Of a stretch of DNA of 64,000 nucleotides, positions 48,254 to 58,865 are shown in pieces. The stretch lies in contig OZ244207.1 of assembly GCA_965216875.1 (NCBI GenBank), positions 2,784,001-2,848,000 of the forward strand, written 5' to 3'. The position numbers and the translations under genes were made by a program. How positions within the stretch are numbered: the first letter of the stretch is position 1; each line of letters starts with the position of its first letter. Below the pieces are notes generated by a model. That model searched no databases. It saw only the letters and a list, made by a program, of their open reading frames with translations, and was not told where the DNA came from. Source of the stretch: Rubripirellula sp. Lineage in GTDB: Bacteria; Planctomycetota; Planctomycetia; Pirellulales; Pirellulaceae.

Positions 48254-49738
48254 CTACAACCCAAACGCGTAGAGTCGATGATGCGTGCGAACAAATAGCT
48301 TGCCGTCGGCAAACGCGGGCGTCGCGTAGACGTTGTCTTGCATCTTGTTTACGGCCAAGACCTTTGGGCGCCGATCCAAACTCAAGACTGAGATCGTTCC
48401 GTCACCTGCAGTGCAGTAGAGCTTGTCGCCAACGATGATGGGCGACGCATAATGTGTCCCTGTTCCCTTTGTGCGAACGCGCGACACACGACCACCCTGC
48501 TCCAAATCAACGGTCGTCAGGATGCCTCCGTTCTTGACCGCGTAAACCAAGTTGCCATGTGCAACGGGGGAAGGCACTTCGGGTATCCCTTGCTCTTCGA
48601 GTGTTTCAATCGATTCAGGGTCAATCACACCCTCGCTCGCCAAGTCAATCGCCAGCATCCCATGAGTTTGGTAGCCCTTTCGAAATCGCTCGATCTCTTC
48701 AAGTTTTTGCTCCCATTCGCCACGGTCAATCTCGCCATTCTTGTCGCGATCAACCCAGCGAAACGTCACGGGCGCACCATTTTGCGGAGCCTCGGCACCA
48801 TCGGGACGATGAAAAATCATCATCTTGGGGAGCTCGCCGCGACCGATCGTGCCATCACCGTTTCGGTCATTGTCAGCAGCGAGTTGGTCAAACGTCGGAA
48901 ACTCTGGTCGCAGCGCTGGTTCTCCCATCTTGTTCCACGCGTTGACAATGACTTTTCGGCCGACGATCACGGGCGTGCTCGTCGCCGTCGTTGCACACTT
49001 AAGCACCCACAATTGCTTTCCGCTGGCTAGGTCAAATGCCTGAACCGAGCGAGCAGAGTGGACGACAAGCTTCTCGCCATCAACGATCGGGCAAGCCGTG
49101 CAAGCCAGCTCACTGTGGAAGGGCTCATCCTGATCCACGCGCCAAACCTCATCGCCAGTTTCTTTGTCGACCGCCAGCAAGAAATGGTCAACGTGATTAC
49201 CGCGGTAAAGAATCACTTTGTCGCCAACGATCGCTGGCGATGTCGCATTACCCGCGTACGACTTCGTCAGCGGCATACGGATTTCCCACAACAGCTCTCC
49301 CTCGAAGTCGAAACAAACCAGACCATAGGACCCAAAGTAGGCGACGACACGTTGCCCGTCGGTCGCTGGACTACTGCTTGCAGGATTGAACGAGGGGTGT
49401 CCCGTTTCAAGCTTGGGGGCGGACAACGCTTTATGCCAACGCGTCGCCCCATCCTCGGTAGACAAACAAACCACGCCAAGCTCGCTTCGGTCTTTGTCGA
49501 ACGTGGTCAAAAAAAGGGACGAGCCAGCAATGCAGGGCGACGAGTGCCCGGGGCCGACGTCGACACTCCAGAGTTCGCCATTGCCAGGTCCAAATTCGAT
49601 TGGCGCCAAGCCACCTTCGACAACCCCGGACGAGTTCTTTCCTCGGAACTGTGGCCATTGCGGTGAGCTGTCATCTGCACCGACACTCAGCAGCGACGCT
49701 AGGAAAATCAGCGACGCAAAAACATGACGGTTCACCAT
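48254..49738 (-). CDS. PQQ-binding-like beta-propeller (BamB-like) with EF-hand insert
   Basis: Signal peptide; WPQFRG; repeated SSP/ATP blades; DRNGDGTIGRGE and DRDKNGEIDRGE loops. Confidence 0.88.
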   Translation of the reverse strand: MVNRHVFASLIFLASLLSVGADDSSPQWPQFRGKNSSGVVEGGLAPIEFGPGNGELWSVDVGPGHSSPCIAGSSLFLTTFDKDRSELGVVCLSTEDGATRWHKALSAPKLETGHPSFNPASSSPATDGQRVVAYFGSYGLVCFDFEGELLWEIRMPLTKSYAGNATSPAIVGDKVILYRGNHVDHFLLAVDKETGDEVWRVDQDEPFHSELACTACPIVDGEKLVVHSARSVQAFDLASGKQLWVLKCATTATSTPVIVGRKVIVNAWNKMGEPALRPEFPTFDQLAADNDRNGDGTIGRGELPKMMIFHRPDGAEAPQNGAPVTFRWVDRDKNGEIDRGEWEQKLEEIERFRKGYQTHGMLAIDLASEGVIDPESIETLEEQGIPEVPSPVAHGNLVYAVKNGGILTTVDLEQGGRVSRVRTKGTGTHYASPIIVGDKLYCTAGDGTISVLSLDRRPKVLAVNKMQDNVYATPAFADGKLFVRTHHRLYAFGL

Positions 49739-49740
49739 AT

Positions 49741-50985
49741 TCAAAATGCCAATCTTCTTAGCGTGTCGTGGTCCTTGATCAGCAACGCGTCCTTCAACAG
49801 AACCGGCGGCGCCCAGGTCGGCGTTTGAGCAACGTTGATCTTCCCAACTTCCACATAGCCACCGGAAGTCGCGTCGAAGACCGTCACTGTCCCATCATTG
49901 ACCAACGCAACGACATGGTCCGGAATCGTCAAGAACGTCACGTTTTGGCCCAACCGAGGCGGCCCTTTCCATTGAACGTCGCCGGACTTTCGATCGACGC
50001 AAAAGAAACGCCCTGAATCGTAATGTGACATCCCGAAAAGGAAGACTCCCGAAGCCACCGCAGTGCTCATATCGAGGGCAACGTCTTCTTGGTGCCAAAG
50101 TTCATCGACCCGCCAAACGCTTTCGTTCATTTCAGGTTTCACGCACCGAAGCCCACGGTTTTCGCCACCAACGTAAATGCATCCATCGGCAATCGTTGGC
50201 GTCGGCATATTTTGGTTCGTCCCAACATGCGGAAAGGGATACTCCCAAAGCAATTTGCCGGTAGCAATGTCGACGCCCGCCAACGCTCGGTGATTCCACT
50301 GCACCACTTGGCGTACGCCCGATAACGTCGTCACCAATGGTGACGAATAGGATGCGCCGTCACTCCCTTGCCTCCATGAAACCTCGCCGGTCGCAACGTC
50401 CAACGCAACCAATGCGCCTTTGTCATCGGTTCCAAAATGCACGATCACACGTTCGCCGTCGACGATGGGCGAACTCGACGCTCCCCAATAAGGACAACTT
50501 CTACCGAATTCATCGTCGAAATTTCGTTGCCAAAGCATCTCGCCCGTTTCGGCATTCCATGCCGTCAGATTGCCTGTGATGCTGAACGTAAAAAGCCTTT
50601 GACTTGCATACACGGGACATGACTTCGGCCCCTTGCCGTGGCGCTCGCCACCGCCACCCATTTTGAAAGGAACTTCAGTGCGTTTCTGCCAAATCACATC
50701 ACCTGAATCGATGTTCAAGCAGGTGACGACTTCTTCTTCGCCAAGCCTACCGTGTTGAAACACACGATCGTCCACGACGACCGGTGTACCGTAGCCCGTG
50801 CCAACTTTCACCGACCATTGAGCCGATAGCTCTTGCGGAAACTCTTCGGGAACAACGAAGTTGCTAACCTGCCCGTCTCGGTTCGGGCCCAGCCAGCCGG
50901 TCCAGTCAAAGTCGCCAGCGAAGCAACTCGGCATCGCCAAGACGAAGGCCAACCAATATGCGGAAATCGATCTTTTCGTGAGCAT
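49741..50985 (-). CDS. PQQ-binding-like beta-propeller protein
   Basis: AGGAGGTG RBS; signal peptide; DWTGWLGPNRDG; GASYSSP; TWAPPV. Confidence 0.88.
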   Translation of the reverse strand: MLTKRSISAYWLAFVLAMPSCFAGDFDWTGWLGPNRDGQVSNFVVPEEFPQELSAQWSVKVGTGYGTPVVVDDRVFQHGRLGEEEVVTCLNIDSGDVIWQKRTEVPFKMGGGGERHGKGPKSCPVYASQRLFTFSITGNLTAWNAETGEMLWQRNFDDEFGRSCPYWGASSSPIVDGERVIVHFGTDDKGALVALDVATGEVSWRQGSDGASYSSPLVTTLSGVRQVVQWNHRALAGVDIATGKLLWEYPFPHVGTNQNMPTPTIADGCIYVGGENRGLRCVKPEMNESVWRVDELWHQEDVALDMSTAVASGVFLFGMSHYDSGRFFCVDRKSGDVQWKGPPRLGQNVTFLTIPDHVVALVNDGTVTVFDATSGGYVEVGKINVAQTPTWAPPVLLKDALLIKDHDTLRRLAF

Positions 50986-51312
50986 GTTCACCTCCTGAGT
51001 ACTGCGGTCAATGATACCACCGTGGAAACACCCACTGAGGTATCGCATTGTTTCAAATGCGTCGCTCGTTTTTCTCGTGCGAAGCGTTAGGAACCTCGAC
51101 AAGTGACCGAAAGATGGAGGGACGAGAATAGGCAGCGAGTTTCAATCCTCGTGCATCATTTCCCGCCTGTGAATAGGGCGTGCCGGGTCGTTCGCTCTTC
51201 CTCTTTTGTCCCTTACAGACCCGACATTCGCACCAAGAATCAAATATGATCATGGGTCTCCCTCCAACTTCCCACCTGCTTCAGGTCTTTCCCCGTGACC
51301 TCTCCATTCAAC

Positions 51313-54294
51313 ATGCTTCGTTTCCTTGCTTGTCTCTTGGCTTTCGGCCTCGTTTCCTTCGGTACCACTCACGCCGATGACCAATGGAAACTCCAGCCAC
51401 TTCGCTACAACAACCCCGGTCTTGAAGTTGACCTCGGTGTCGGGCTTTGGGCTTGGCCTTTGCCGATCGACTTCGACGACGATGGCGACATCGACTTGCT
51501 CGTCTCCTGTCCCGACAAACCATCCAATGGCTTCTACTTTTTCGAGAACCCAACCCAAGACCGATCGAACAAAACTCCTGTTTTCCTACCAGGCGTTCGC
51601 GTTGGATCGACTGGCCACAATGTTCAAATCAGCTACGTCAACGGCGAGCCGAGAATCCTGCGGGAAGCGTCCGAGCTAATTGCGTTTTCCGATGGCGACT
51701 TTAATAAGAAACGCAAACTCTACCCGAACGATCGCTTTCATAAGGGTTCCACACGCGCTCGGATGTGGCGATTGGTCGACTACGATGCCGATGGGGACCA
51801 CGATTTGATCGCAGGCATTGGCGACTGGTCTGATTATGGGTGGGACAACGCCTACGATCGCAATGGCCAATGGCACAATGGACCGCTTCACGGCTACGTC
51901 TACCTCATTCGCAACGAAGGCACAGACGACGATCCCCAATACTCAAAATCTCCGCAGCGCATTCAAGCGGGCGGCGGTGATGTCGACGTTTACGGCTGGC
52001 CATCACCTAACTTCGCCGACTTCGACGGCGACGGCGACCTCGACCTGCTTTGTGGTGAGTTCCTGGATGGATTCACCTATTTCGAAAACATCGGAACGCG
52101 TGCCGAACCGGCCTACGCCTCCGGCAACAAGCTTCTTGATGAATCGGGTTCGCCGCTGGTGATGGACCTCCAAATGATCACTCCAACCGCGTTTGATTGG
52201 GACGCCGACGGAGACATGGACTTGATCGTTGGCGACGAAGATGGCCGCGTGGCATTGGTCGAACATACAGGCGAGACCTCCACCGGTGGGCCCGTTTTCC
52301 GCAAGCCCGTTTACTTCAAACAACAAGCCGACACGCTCAAGTTTGGCGCATTGGCGACCCCGTTCGCCTGCGATTGGGATGGCGACGGCGACGAAGACAT
52401 CCTGTGTGGCAATACGGCTGGTCATATCAGCCTTTTTGAAAACCTCGGTGCGACTTCGGACGGGATGCCAAAGTGGAACGCTCCCAAACTGCTTGAGGTG
52501 GACGGCAAACCCTTTCGTATCCTGGCCGGCGAAAGCGGGTCGATCCAAGGCCCGGCCGAAGCCAAATGGGGTTACACAACTTTGTCGGCAGCTGACTGGG
52601 ATGGCGACCACGACCTCGACATCTTGGTCAACTCAATTCTTTCCAAAGTTGAATTGCTACAGAACCACAATGGCAAACTGTCACGAAAACCACTCAACAC
52701 CGGCATCAGCGAATCGCCGCCAAAGTGGTACTGGTGGCAAACGAAGTCCAATGGAGCCATCACGCAGTGGCGCACCACGCCCTTTGCAATCGACATCGAT
52801 GCGGATGGTTCGACCGACCTTGTGATGCTCGACCAGCAAGGCTACCTAACGCTTCGGCGCAACGGCGGAGTCGCCGAGCGATTTTTTGTCGACGAAGATG
52901 GACGTCCCCTTCGACTGAATCACCGCACCGTTGGCCGCTCGGGACGATACAAAATCGCCGTTGTCGACTGGGACGGTGATGGTAGGCTCGATGTGCTCGT
53001 CAACTCAGAGAACGCGACACTCTATCGCAACAGCGCCGACCTTGATGGCAAGATCGTGCTCAAGAAACTCGGCAACCTCGCCCGTCGCAATGTTTCAGGG
53101 CACACATCGAGCCCCGCGGTCTGTGACTTTGACAAAGACGGCAAACCAGACCTGTTGGTCGGTTCCGAAAACGGTCGCATCTATCACATCGCGCATGATG
53201 ATTGCATCACCTTCAACGAAGAGCAAAAACGGATTCGAACGCCAAAACCGAGTCCTGAGCCGAAGTTCCCGGGCTTTGTCAGTGAAGACTTCGTTTTTAC
53301 CAAGGCCAAGTTCCCGCAATGTCACGCGTCGACAATCTGCCAAACATCGCGTGGACTTGTTGCAGCTTGGTTTGGCGGAACTCGAGAGAAAGCGAAAGAC
53401 GTTGGCATCTGGGTCAGCTACAACGACGGTGGCGGTTGGTCCTCGCCAATTGAATGGGCCAATGGCATCCAGCACGACGGACTGAGGCATCCCTGCTGGA
53501 ATCCGGTACTGTTCCAACCGCCAGGTGACGCGCCAACGCTGCTGTTCTTCAAGGTGGGACCGAATCCAGCGGCATGGTGGGGCGAAATGATGGTCAGCTA
53601 CGATCGCGGTCGCTCGTTTACCGATCGCCGTCGGCTGCCTGAACAAATCGATGGCCCGGTCCGTTGTAAGCCTCTCCTCTTGCCGAGCGGCCCAACGCTA
53701 TTGGCCGGCTCTTCAACCGAATACGACGGCTGGCGCGTCCACTTCGAAAAGACGCAGCTTGTGAACGGACAGCCCGACGGAACCTGGAAACGCATCGGAC
53801 CGATCAACAGCGGCAAGAAGTTCAATGCCATTCAGCCAACCTTTTTGCAGCATGCGGATGGTCGCCTCCAAGTGCTGTGTCGAACCAAAGAAAGCGTCAT
53901 CTCCACAAGTTACTCGGACGATGGTGGCCAGACATGGTCGGCAATGGAAGCGACCAACCTTCCCAACCCCAACTCTGGGATCGACGCAGTATCCCTTGCC
54001 GACGGACGTCACTTATTGATCTACAACCACCTTGGCAGTGGCAAAACGGGCTGGGGCCGACGCGGCCTGTTGAACCTTGCCATTTCCGATGACGGAGTCG
54101 TTTGGCGTAAAGCCGCTGTGTTGGAAAAGGAATCGAGCGCCGAATTCAGCTACCCCGCAATGATTCAATCCGACGATGGCTTGATCCACATCACCTACAC
54201 GTGGAAACGGCAACGCATCAAACATGTCGTCGTCAATCCATCCAAGCTCGATGTGGGCGTCGATCTCGGACGTGGCAACTGGTTTAGCGACTGA
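51313..54294 (+). CDS. FG-GAP/VCBS repeat protein fused to a BNR-repeat sialidase-like domain
   Basis: About nine DW/FDxDGxxD loops; C-terminal CHASTI, Asp-boxes (SYDRGRSF, SDDGGQTW, SDDGVVW), PNPNSG, FSYP. Confidence 0.88.
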   Translation: MLRFLACLLAFGLVSFGTTHADDQWKLQPLRYNNPGLEVDLGVGLWAWPLPIDFDDDGDIDLLVSCPDKPSNGFYFFENPTQDRSNKTPVFLPGVRVGSTGHNVQISYVNGEPRILREASELIAFSDGDFNKKRKLYPNDRFHKGSTRARMWRLVDYDADGDHDLIAGIGDWSDYGWDNAYDRNGQWHNGPLHGYVYLIRNEGTDDDPQYSKSPQRIQAGGGDVDVYGWPSPNFADFDGDGDLDLLCGEFLDGFTYFENIGTRAEPAYASGNKLLDESGSPLVMDLQMITPTAFDWDADGDMDLIVGDEDGRVALVEHTGETSTGGPVFRKPVYFKQQADTLKFGALATPFACDWDGDGDEDILCGNTAGHISLFENLGATSDGMPKWNAPKLLEVDGKPFRILAGESGSIQGPAEAKWGYTTLSAADWDGDHDLDILVNSILSKVELLQNHNGKLSRKPLNTGISESPPKWYWWQTKSNGAITQWRTTPFAIDIDADGSTDLVMLDQQGYLTLRRNGGVAERFFVDEDGRPLRLNHRTVGRSGRYKIAVVDWDGDGRLDVLVNSENATLYRNSADLDGKIVLKKLGNLARRNVSGHTSSPAVCDFDKDGKPDLLVGSENGRIYHIAHDDCITFNEEQKRIRTPKPSPEPKFPGFVSEDFVFTKAKFPQCHASTICQTSRGLVAAWFGGTREKAKDVGIWVSYNDGGGWSSPIEWANGIQHDGLRHPCWNPVLFQPPGDAPTLLFFKVGPNPAAWWGEMMVSYDRGRSFTDRRRLPEQIDGPVRCKPLLLPSGPTLLAGSSTEYDGWRVHFEKTQLVNGQPDGTWKRIGPINSGKKFNAIQPTFLQHADGRLQVLCRTKESVISTSYSDDGGQTWSAMEATNLPNPNSGIDAVSLADGRHLLIYNHLGSGKTGWGRRGLLNLAISDDGVVWRKAAVLEKESSAEFSYPAMIQSDDGLIHITYTWKRQRIKHVVVNPSKLDVGVDLGRGNWFSD

Positions 54295-54478
54295 GCCAAG
54301 CCCGGGCGTCCGGTTGCAGCGATTGCGACGAGGAAAACCCTTCGCTTGTGGCTCTTGGAATGCCACTCCCGCCACCGGCGAGAGCTATGTTTGCACAGCA
54401 TTTTGTCCGTAGGCGAACGCGTCAGTTCGCCTGCGGCGGCCTGATTGCAAACCTACTACTACTGCTCCGGTTGCCCCA

Positions 54479-55045
54479 ATGGACATCGCATCGATCGACT
54501 ACAGCATCCTTGCTGCCCCGTTCATTTTGTTCCTGTTCGGCATCACCATCCTCGTTTGGATTGCGATGCTTGGTGGATCGCTCCAGCTTTCTCTTTGGCT
54601 GTTGGTCGATGAACCGCCGAGGTACTTGGTTTGCCTGGCCGTCTCACTGGGCATCATTGCACTCAACACAGTGCTGTATTTTAGCCTGGCACTCTTGCTC
54701 GGCCCCCAACAGTTCTACATTGTTGGCATCTACATGCTTGCGTTGCAGATGCTCGTGGTGATGTTCTGCGCGCGTTGTAATCCAATCACCGCATTTCTCG
54801 CCGCGGTTTGCAACGGCGTGTTCAGTGTGATGGGAACGGTCTTCATCGCTGTCTTTTTCGTCATTCTCACCGGTGTCCTAATCAACGGTGCGATGGAACA
54901 GCACGAAAAGGCGACCGAAGAAACTGCTCAAGCTCAAACGCCGCCAACCGCCCCCAAAATGCAGCCGTTGTTGCCAACAAGAAACACGGCTCCTTCGAAG
55001 GCTGAAGTGGCTCCCGGTCAGGTGGCAAACCCCTTCTTCCAATAA
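54479..55045 (+). CDS. Hypothetical membrane protein (about 4 TM)
   Basis: Long hydrophobic segments and a polar Pro-rich tail. Confidence 0.75.
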   Translation: MDIASIDYSILAAPFILFLFGITILVWIAMLGGSLQLSLWLLVDEPPRYLVCLAVSLGIIALNTVLYFSLALLLGPQQFYIVGIYMLALQMLVVMFCARCNPITAFLAAVCNGVFSVMGTVFIAVFFVILTGVLINGAMEQHEKATEETAQAQTPPTAPKMQPLLPTRNTAPSKAEVAPGQVANPFFQ

Positions 55046-55224
55046 ACCGATTCGGTCATTTTGAATCAAACCCCAGCGCCCAACCCCTGCGTGACGGGTA
55101 CCAAAACGATCCGAAAATCGTCACCCTAGAAGGCGGAGTCGATCACCCGGCGAGACGGTGACTCTTTGCGAGCCACCCGTTCGGTAGTGAAAGTCGACTT
55201 TCAAAATGATCGCAACCTAGGGGA

Positions 55225-56823
55225 ATGAAATTGAATCAACTGCATGGAAAACAGCTGATCGCGGGCGCGCTTTCGGCGGAGAGCAGCGAGACCTTTTTTG
55301 CGATCAACGCAACCAACCAGCGACCGCTTCCAACCGAATTCCATGAATCGACGGCGGTCGAGATCGATCGCGCCATGCAGGCCGCAAGCGATTCGTTCGA
55401 AGCACTGTCGAGCGCTACCCCAGATCAGCGAGCGTCTTTGCTTGAAGCGATCGCCGATGGTCTCGCCCAAGCTCCGGATGAATTGCTCGAGCGTTGCCAT
55501 GCCGAAACGGCCCTGCCAATGTCTCGGCTGAAGGGAGAGCTCGCTCGCACGATCGGACAATCAAGGCTGATCGCTGACATGATCCGCGAAGGCAGTTGGG
55601 TCGCCGCAAAGATCGACCATGCTGATCCGACCAGACGCCCGATCCCCAAGCCTGACATCCGAAGCATGCTCGTCGGGATTGGGCCGATCGTCGTCATCGG
55701 TGCGAGCAATTTCCCGCTCGCAATCTCCGTTGCTGGCACCGATACCACAACCGCTCTTGCTTCGGGATGCCCTGTTGTCGTCAAAGCGCATCCCGCTCAT
55801 CCGGGCACCTGCGAAATGATCGCTGACATCATTTGCCGTGCGATTGATGCGGCGGGGTTTCCGCCCGGCATCTTTTCGCTCGTACATGGTCGGTCACATC
55901 AAGTCGGGCGAACCTTAGTGGAGCATCCTGAAACCAAAGCGGTCGCGTTTACCGGTTCCCTTCAAGGTGGCCGTGCACTGTTTGATGTCGCCGCAGCGCG
56001 ACCGAACCCGATTCCCGTCTACGCCGAAATGGGAAGCATCAATCCAGTCTTTGTGCTTCCCGACGCGATCCGAGAGCGGACGCCTGCCATTGCGAAGGGA
56101 TTTGTTGACTCCATCAATCTTGGCGTTGGCCAGTTTTGCACCAAGCCAGCCTTGCTTGTCCTGCCAGTCGGGGACGAGGCGGATTCTCTGCTCAAGGCGA
56201 TTCGTGACCACGTCGTCGTACTCGATTCGGCGCCGCTTCTGCACGCCGGCATCTCGGAGCAGTTTCGCAAAGCATCGCTAGGCATCTCGCAAATGGATGG
56301 AGTCGAATTCATTGGCCGAGTCGTCGCGTCCGACCCGTCGATTGCCGACGGGCATGTCCGGTGCAGTGTCGCGGTCGTCGACTTTGAAACGTTTCGTGAC
56401 AACGAAGAGCTTCGCACCGAACTGTTCGGCCCCTTTTCGACAATCGTGCGGTGTCGCAATCACGAACAAATGATCGAGGTCGCTCAATTCCTTGATGGGC
56501 AACTAACGGCAACCCTCCACGGGTCGGAGTCCGATCTACGGGATCATCGTGACCTCGTCCAACGCCTCCAGAATATCGCCGGACGGCTTGTCTTCAACGG
56601 TTTCCCCACAGGCGTCGAGGTTTGCCATGCCGTCCACCATGGCGGACCCTACCCCGCGGCGACCGACGCCCATTTCACATCGATAGGGCCGGCTTCGATC
56701 GAGCGATTCGTTCGACGTGTCTGCTTCCAGGATTGGCCCGACTCTCAGTTGCCGACCGAACTGCAAGCAATGAACACGATGAAGATTTTACGAATGGTCG
56801 ATGGGACCTACACCCGTGACTAG
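55225..56823 (+). CDS. NADP+-dependent aldehyde dehydrogenase, alpha-ketoglutaric semialdehyde dehydrogenase type
   Basis: GASNFPLA, KAHPAHP, FTGS, AEMGSINP, GVGQFCTKP, ELFGP, HHGGPYPA. Confidence 0.92.
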   Translation: MKLNQLHGKQLIAGALSAESSETFFAINATNQRPLPTEFHESTAVEIDRAMQAASDSFEALSSATPDQRASLLEAIADGLAQAPDELLERCHAETALPMSRLKGELARTIGQSRLIADMIREGSWVAAKIDHADPTRRPIPKPDIRSMLVGIGPIVVIGASNFPLAISVAGTDTTTALASGCPVVVKAHPAHPGTCEMIADIICRAIDAAGFPPGIFSLVHGRSHQVGRTLVEHPETKAVAFTGSLQGGRALFDVAAARPNPIPVYAEMGSINPVFVLPDAIRERTPAIAKGFVDSINLGVGQFCTKPALLVLPVGDEADSLLKAIRDHVVVLDSAPLLHAGISEQFRKASLGISQMDGVEFIGRVVASDPSIADGHVRCSVAVVDFETFRDNEELRTELFGPFSTIVRCRNHEQMIEVAQFLDGQLTATLHGSESDLRDHRDLVQRLQNIAGRLVFNGFPTGVEVCHAVHHGGPYPAATDAHFTSIGPASIERFVRRVCFQDWPDSQLPTELQAMNTMKILRMVDGTYTRD

Positions 56824-56900
56824 CCGAATGCGGGCGACATTCGTAACCGCATGTACCCATTGATGAATCAGCTCGCTGGGCGCAATAGAATTGAAGCATC

Positions 56901-57635
56901 ATGAAGTACATTGCCCCAATGATCGTCACCGTCGCTTTGACGCCAATCCTCTGTGTTGCCGACGAACCGGCGACGAACACAACTCGAATCATCGCGAGAT
57001 CGGTTGCCCCAGCGGAATCATCTGTATCGTTAACACGTCATGGAATCACGCGTGAGGATTTCGCCCGTATCGAGGCCACGCTGCCCAACATCCAAACCGC
57101 AATTCCCATTCGCCATCTGGTCGAACAACGGGTTCACGGCGTCGGCAGCAAATCGACCAGCAAGCCTCTGTGGATGATGGTCACGGGAACCGTAGAAGCG
57201 TTTTCAGCCGTCGCGCGCACTCCAATGCACGCTGGACGTTTTCTCAACCAAAAAGACGAATCCCATCGCCGAACGGTTGCTGTGATCTCGCTGCGTCACG
57301 CAGAGACGCTCTTTGACGATCTGGATCCGATTGGACGAGCGTTACGTATTGGCGACAGCATCTTCACCGTCGTTGGCATCGCCGAACAAACACCTGACAA
57401 CGCGATCCTGATCCCCATCTCGACAATGAGAACTCGGTTCGGAGACGTGGTTGTTCTGAGGAAATCGGGATCGTTCGAGGCCAGTCACTACGAACTCTCG
57501 GAGCTCTGGCTCGACGTCACTGGTGACCAGGAACAAGTCCGCCACACGGTCGAGATTCTCCAAAAACTGCTTGAGCGATCGCATCAAGACAACGGAAACG
57601 CACAAAAAGACTTTGAAGTGAGGGTTCAACCATGA
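56901..57635 (+). CDS. Stand-alone MacB-like periplasmic core domain with signal peptide
   Basis: GRFLNQKDE...VAVI...LFDDLDPIGRALRIGDSIFTVVGI...ILIPIST; no C-terminal TM/FtsX domain. Confidence 0.8.
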   Translation: MKYIAPMIVTVALTPILCVADEPATNTTRIIARSVAPAESSVSLTRHGITREDFARIEATLPNIQTAIPIRHLVEQRVHGVGSKSTSKPLWMMVTGTVEAFSAVARTPMHAGRFLNQKDESHRRTVAVISLRHAETLFDDLDPIGRALRIGDSIFTVVGIAEQTPDNAILIPISTMRTRFGDVVVLRKSGSFEASHYELSELWLDVTGDQEQVRHTVEILQKLLERSHQDNGNAQKDFEVRVQP

Positions 57636-58855
57636 AACGTCCACTCGCGTCGCCGAACACAACCGCCATCTTGGCGTTGTTGGTTCTGCACAGTCAGCTC
57701 ATTGCCCAGGATCCAACCAACCGACCGCAGCGTTACCGAAACTTGACACAAGTTCAAGCTGCAGAATTGGAACGCAAAGTTGATTCGCTCATACGCGAAG
57801 TGGGGGTGATCGAAAGCGCGAAGGTCGTTGAGATCAAGGCGTCGGTTGAGGGCCCCATTCTCGAGCTGATCCCCGCAGGCACGATGGTCGTTCAAGGCGA
57901 CCAGATGGGCCGACTCGATCCAAGCCAACTCGAAGAAAAGGTCTCCGAGTCGCGCATCGCTTCCACGACGATGCGTTCAGCCGTGATGGAAGCCGAAGGT
58001 TCGATCAAGCGCTATGCTCTTCAACTTGACAGCGCGCGGGAAATGACCGGCAAGCGAGTCGAACTGGCAGAATTGAATCAGCGCGTCGCTGAAACCGAAG
58101 CGAGCGTCAGAACCAGTGACCTTGAGGACCAGATCAAGGCGGCCAAAGCAATGCGTGCAGCGCGCGTCCTGGCGTTGGAAAAACTCAAATCAGGTGACAG
58201 AGCCGAGCTAGCGGAAGCCGAGGCAGAGATGATTGCTGCCGAAGCAGACGTCGCGTCACTCGAGCGACAACTCAAGCTCAATGCCATGCTCGCTAAACGG
58301 AACCAAACGGAAATGCAACTTGCCGTTAGTGAAGCCAAAGGCGATCGAATGATCTCGCTGCTTGATCGCGAAATGAAGCTCAATCAAGCGCAAACGAATC
58401 TCGATGCTGCCCGTCATAACGAAGAAATCGCAGCAAACCGGCTGAAACAAGTCGAGGAAAAACTGGCCCGAACTGTGCTCGCTGCACCGATCAATGGCAT
58501 CGTTTCCTATCCCGTTTCGCGTCGGGGGCAACCCGAAATTGAAGTTGGCGTGAACGTCCGCGAAGGCCAGACCGTGGCGAGCATCGCGGATATGGATCAA
58601 CTACAAGTCGCCGTCTTGGTCAACGAAACTCGGATTTCACAAGTGCGACCTGGCCAGCGCGCGGCCATCGCTGTCGACGCCTTTCCCGGCCGTGAGTTCG
58701 CAGGCAAAGTCAAGTTTGTCAACACAGTCCCGGAACCGACGACCTACCTTGATCGCGGAGGCAAACGGTACAAGGTCATCGTTGCCTTTGACAAAGGCGC
58801 GTCTGGCCTTCGACTTGGCATGACAACAATGGTCGATATCGACACGACGAACTGA
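57632..58855 (+). CDS. MacA/HlyD-type periplasmic adaptor subunit
   Basis: Lipoyl halves, long coiled coil, LAAPINGIV, VNETRISQVRPGQ, LRLGMT; ATGA overlap with the upstream gene. Confidence 0.88.
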   Translation: MKRPLASPNTTAILALLVLHSQLIAQDPTNRPQRYRNLTQVQAAELERKVDSLIREVGVIESAKVVEIKASVEGPILELIPAGTMVVQGDQMGRLDPSQLEEKVSESRIASTTMRSAVMEAEGSIKRYALQLDSAREMTGKRVELAELNQRVAETEASVRTSDLEDQIKAAKAMRAARVLALEKLKSGDRAELAEAEAEMIAAEADVASLERQLKLNAMLAKRNQTEMQLAVSEAKGDRMISLLDREMKLNQAQTNLDAARHNEEIAANRLKQVEEKLARTVLAAPINGIVSYPVSRRGQPEIEVGVNVREGQTVASIADMDQLQVAVLVNETRISQVRPGQRAAIAVDAFPGREFAGKVKFVNTVPEPTTYLDRGGKRYKVIVAFDKGASGLRLGMTTMVDIDTTN

Positions 58856-58865
58856 CGCGAAGTTT

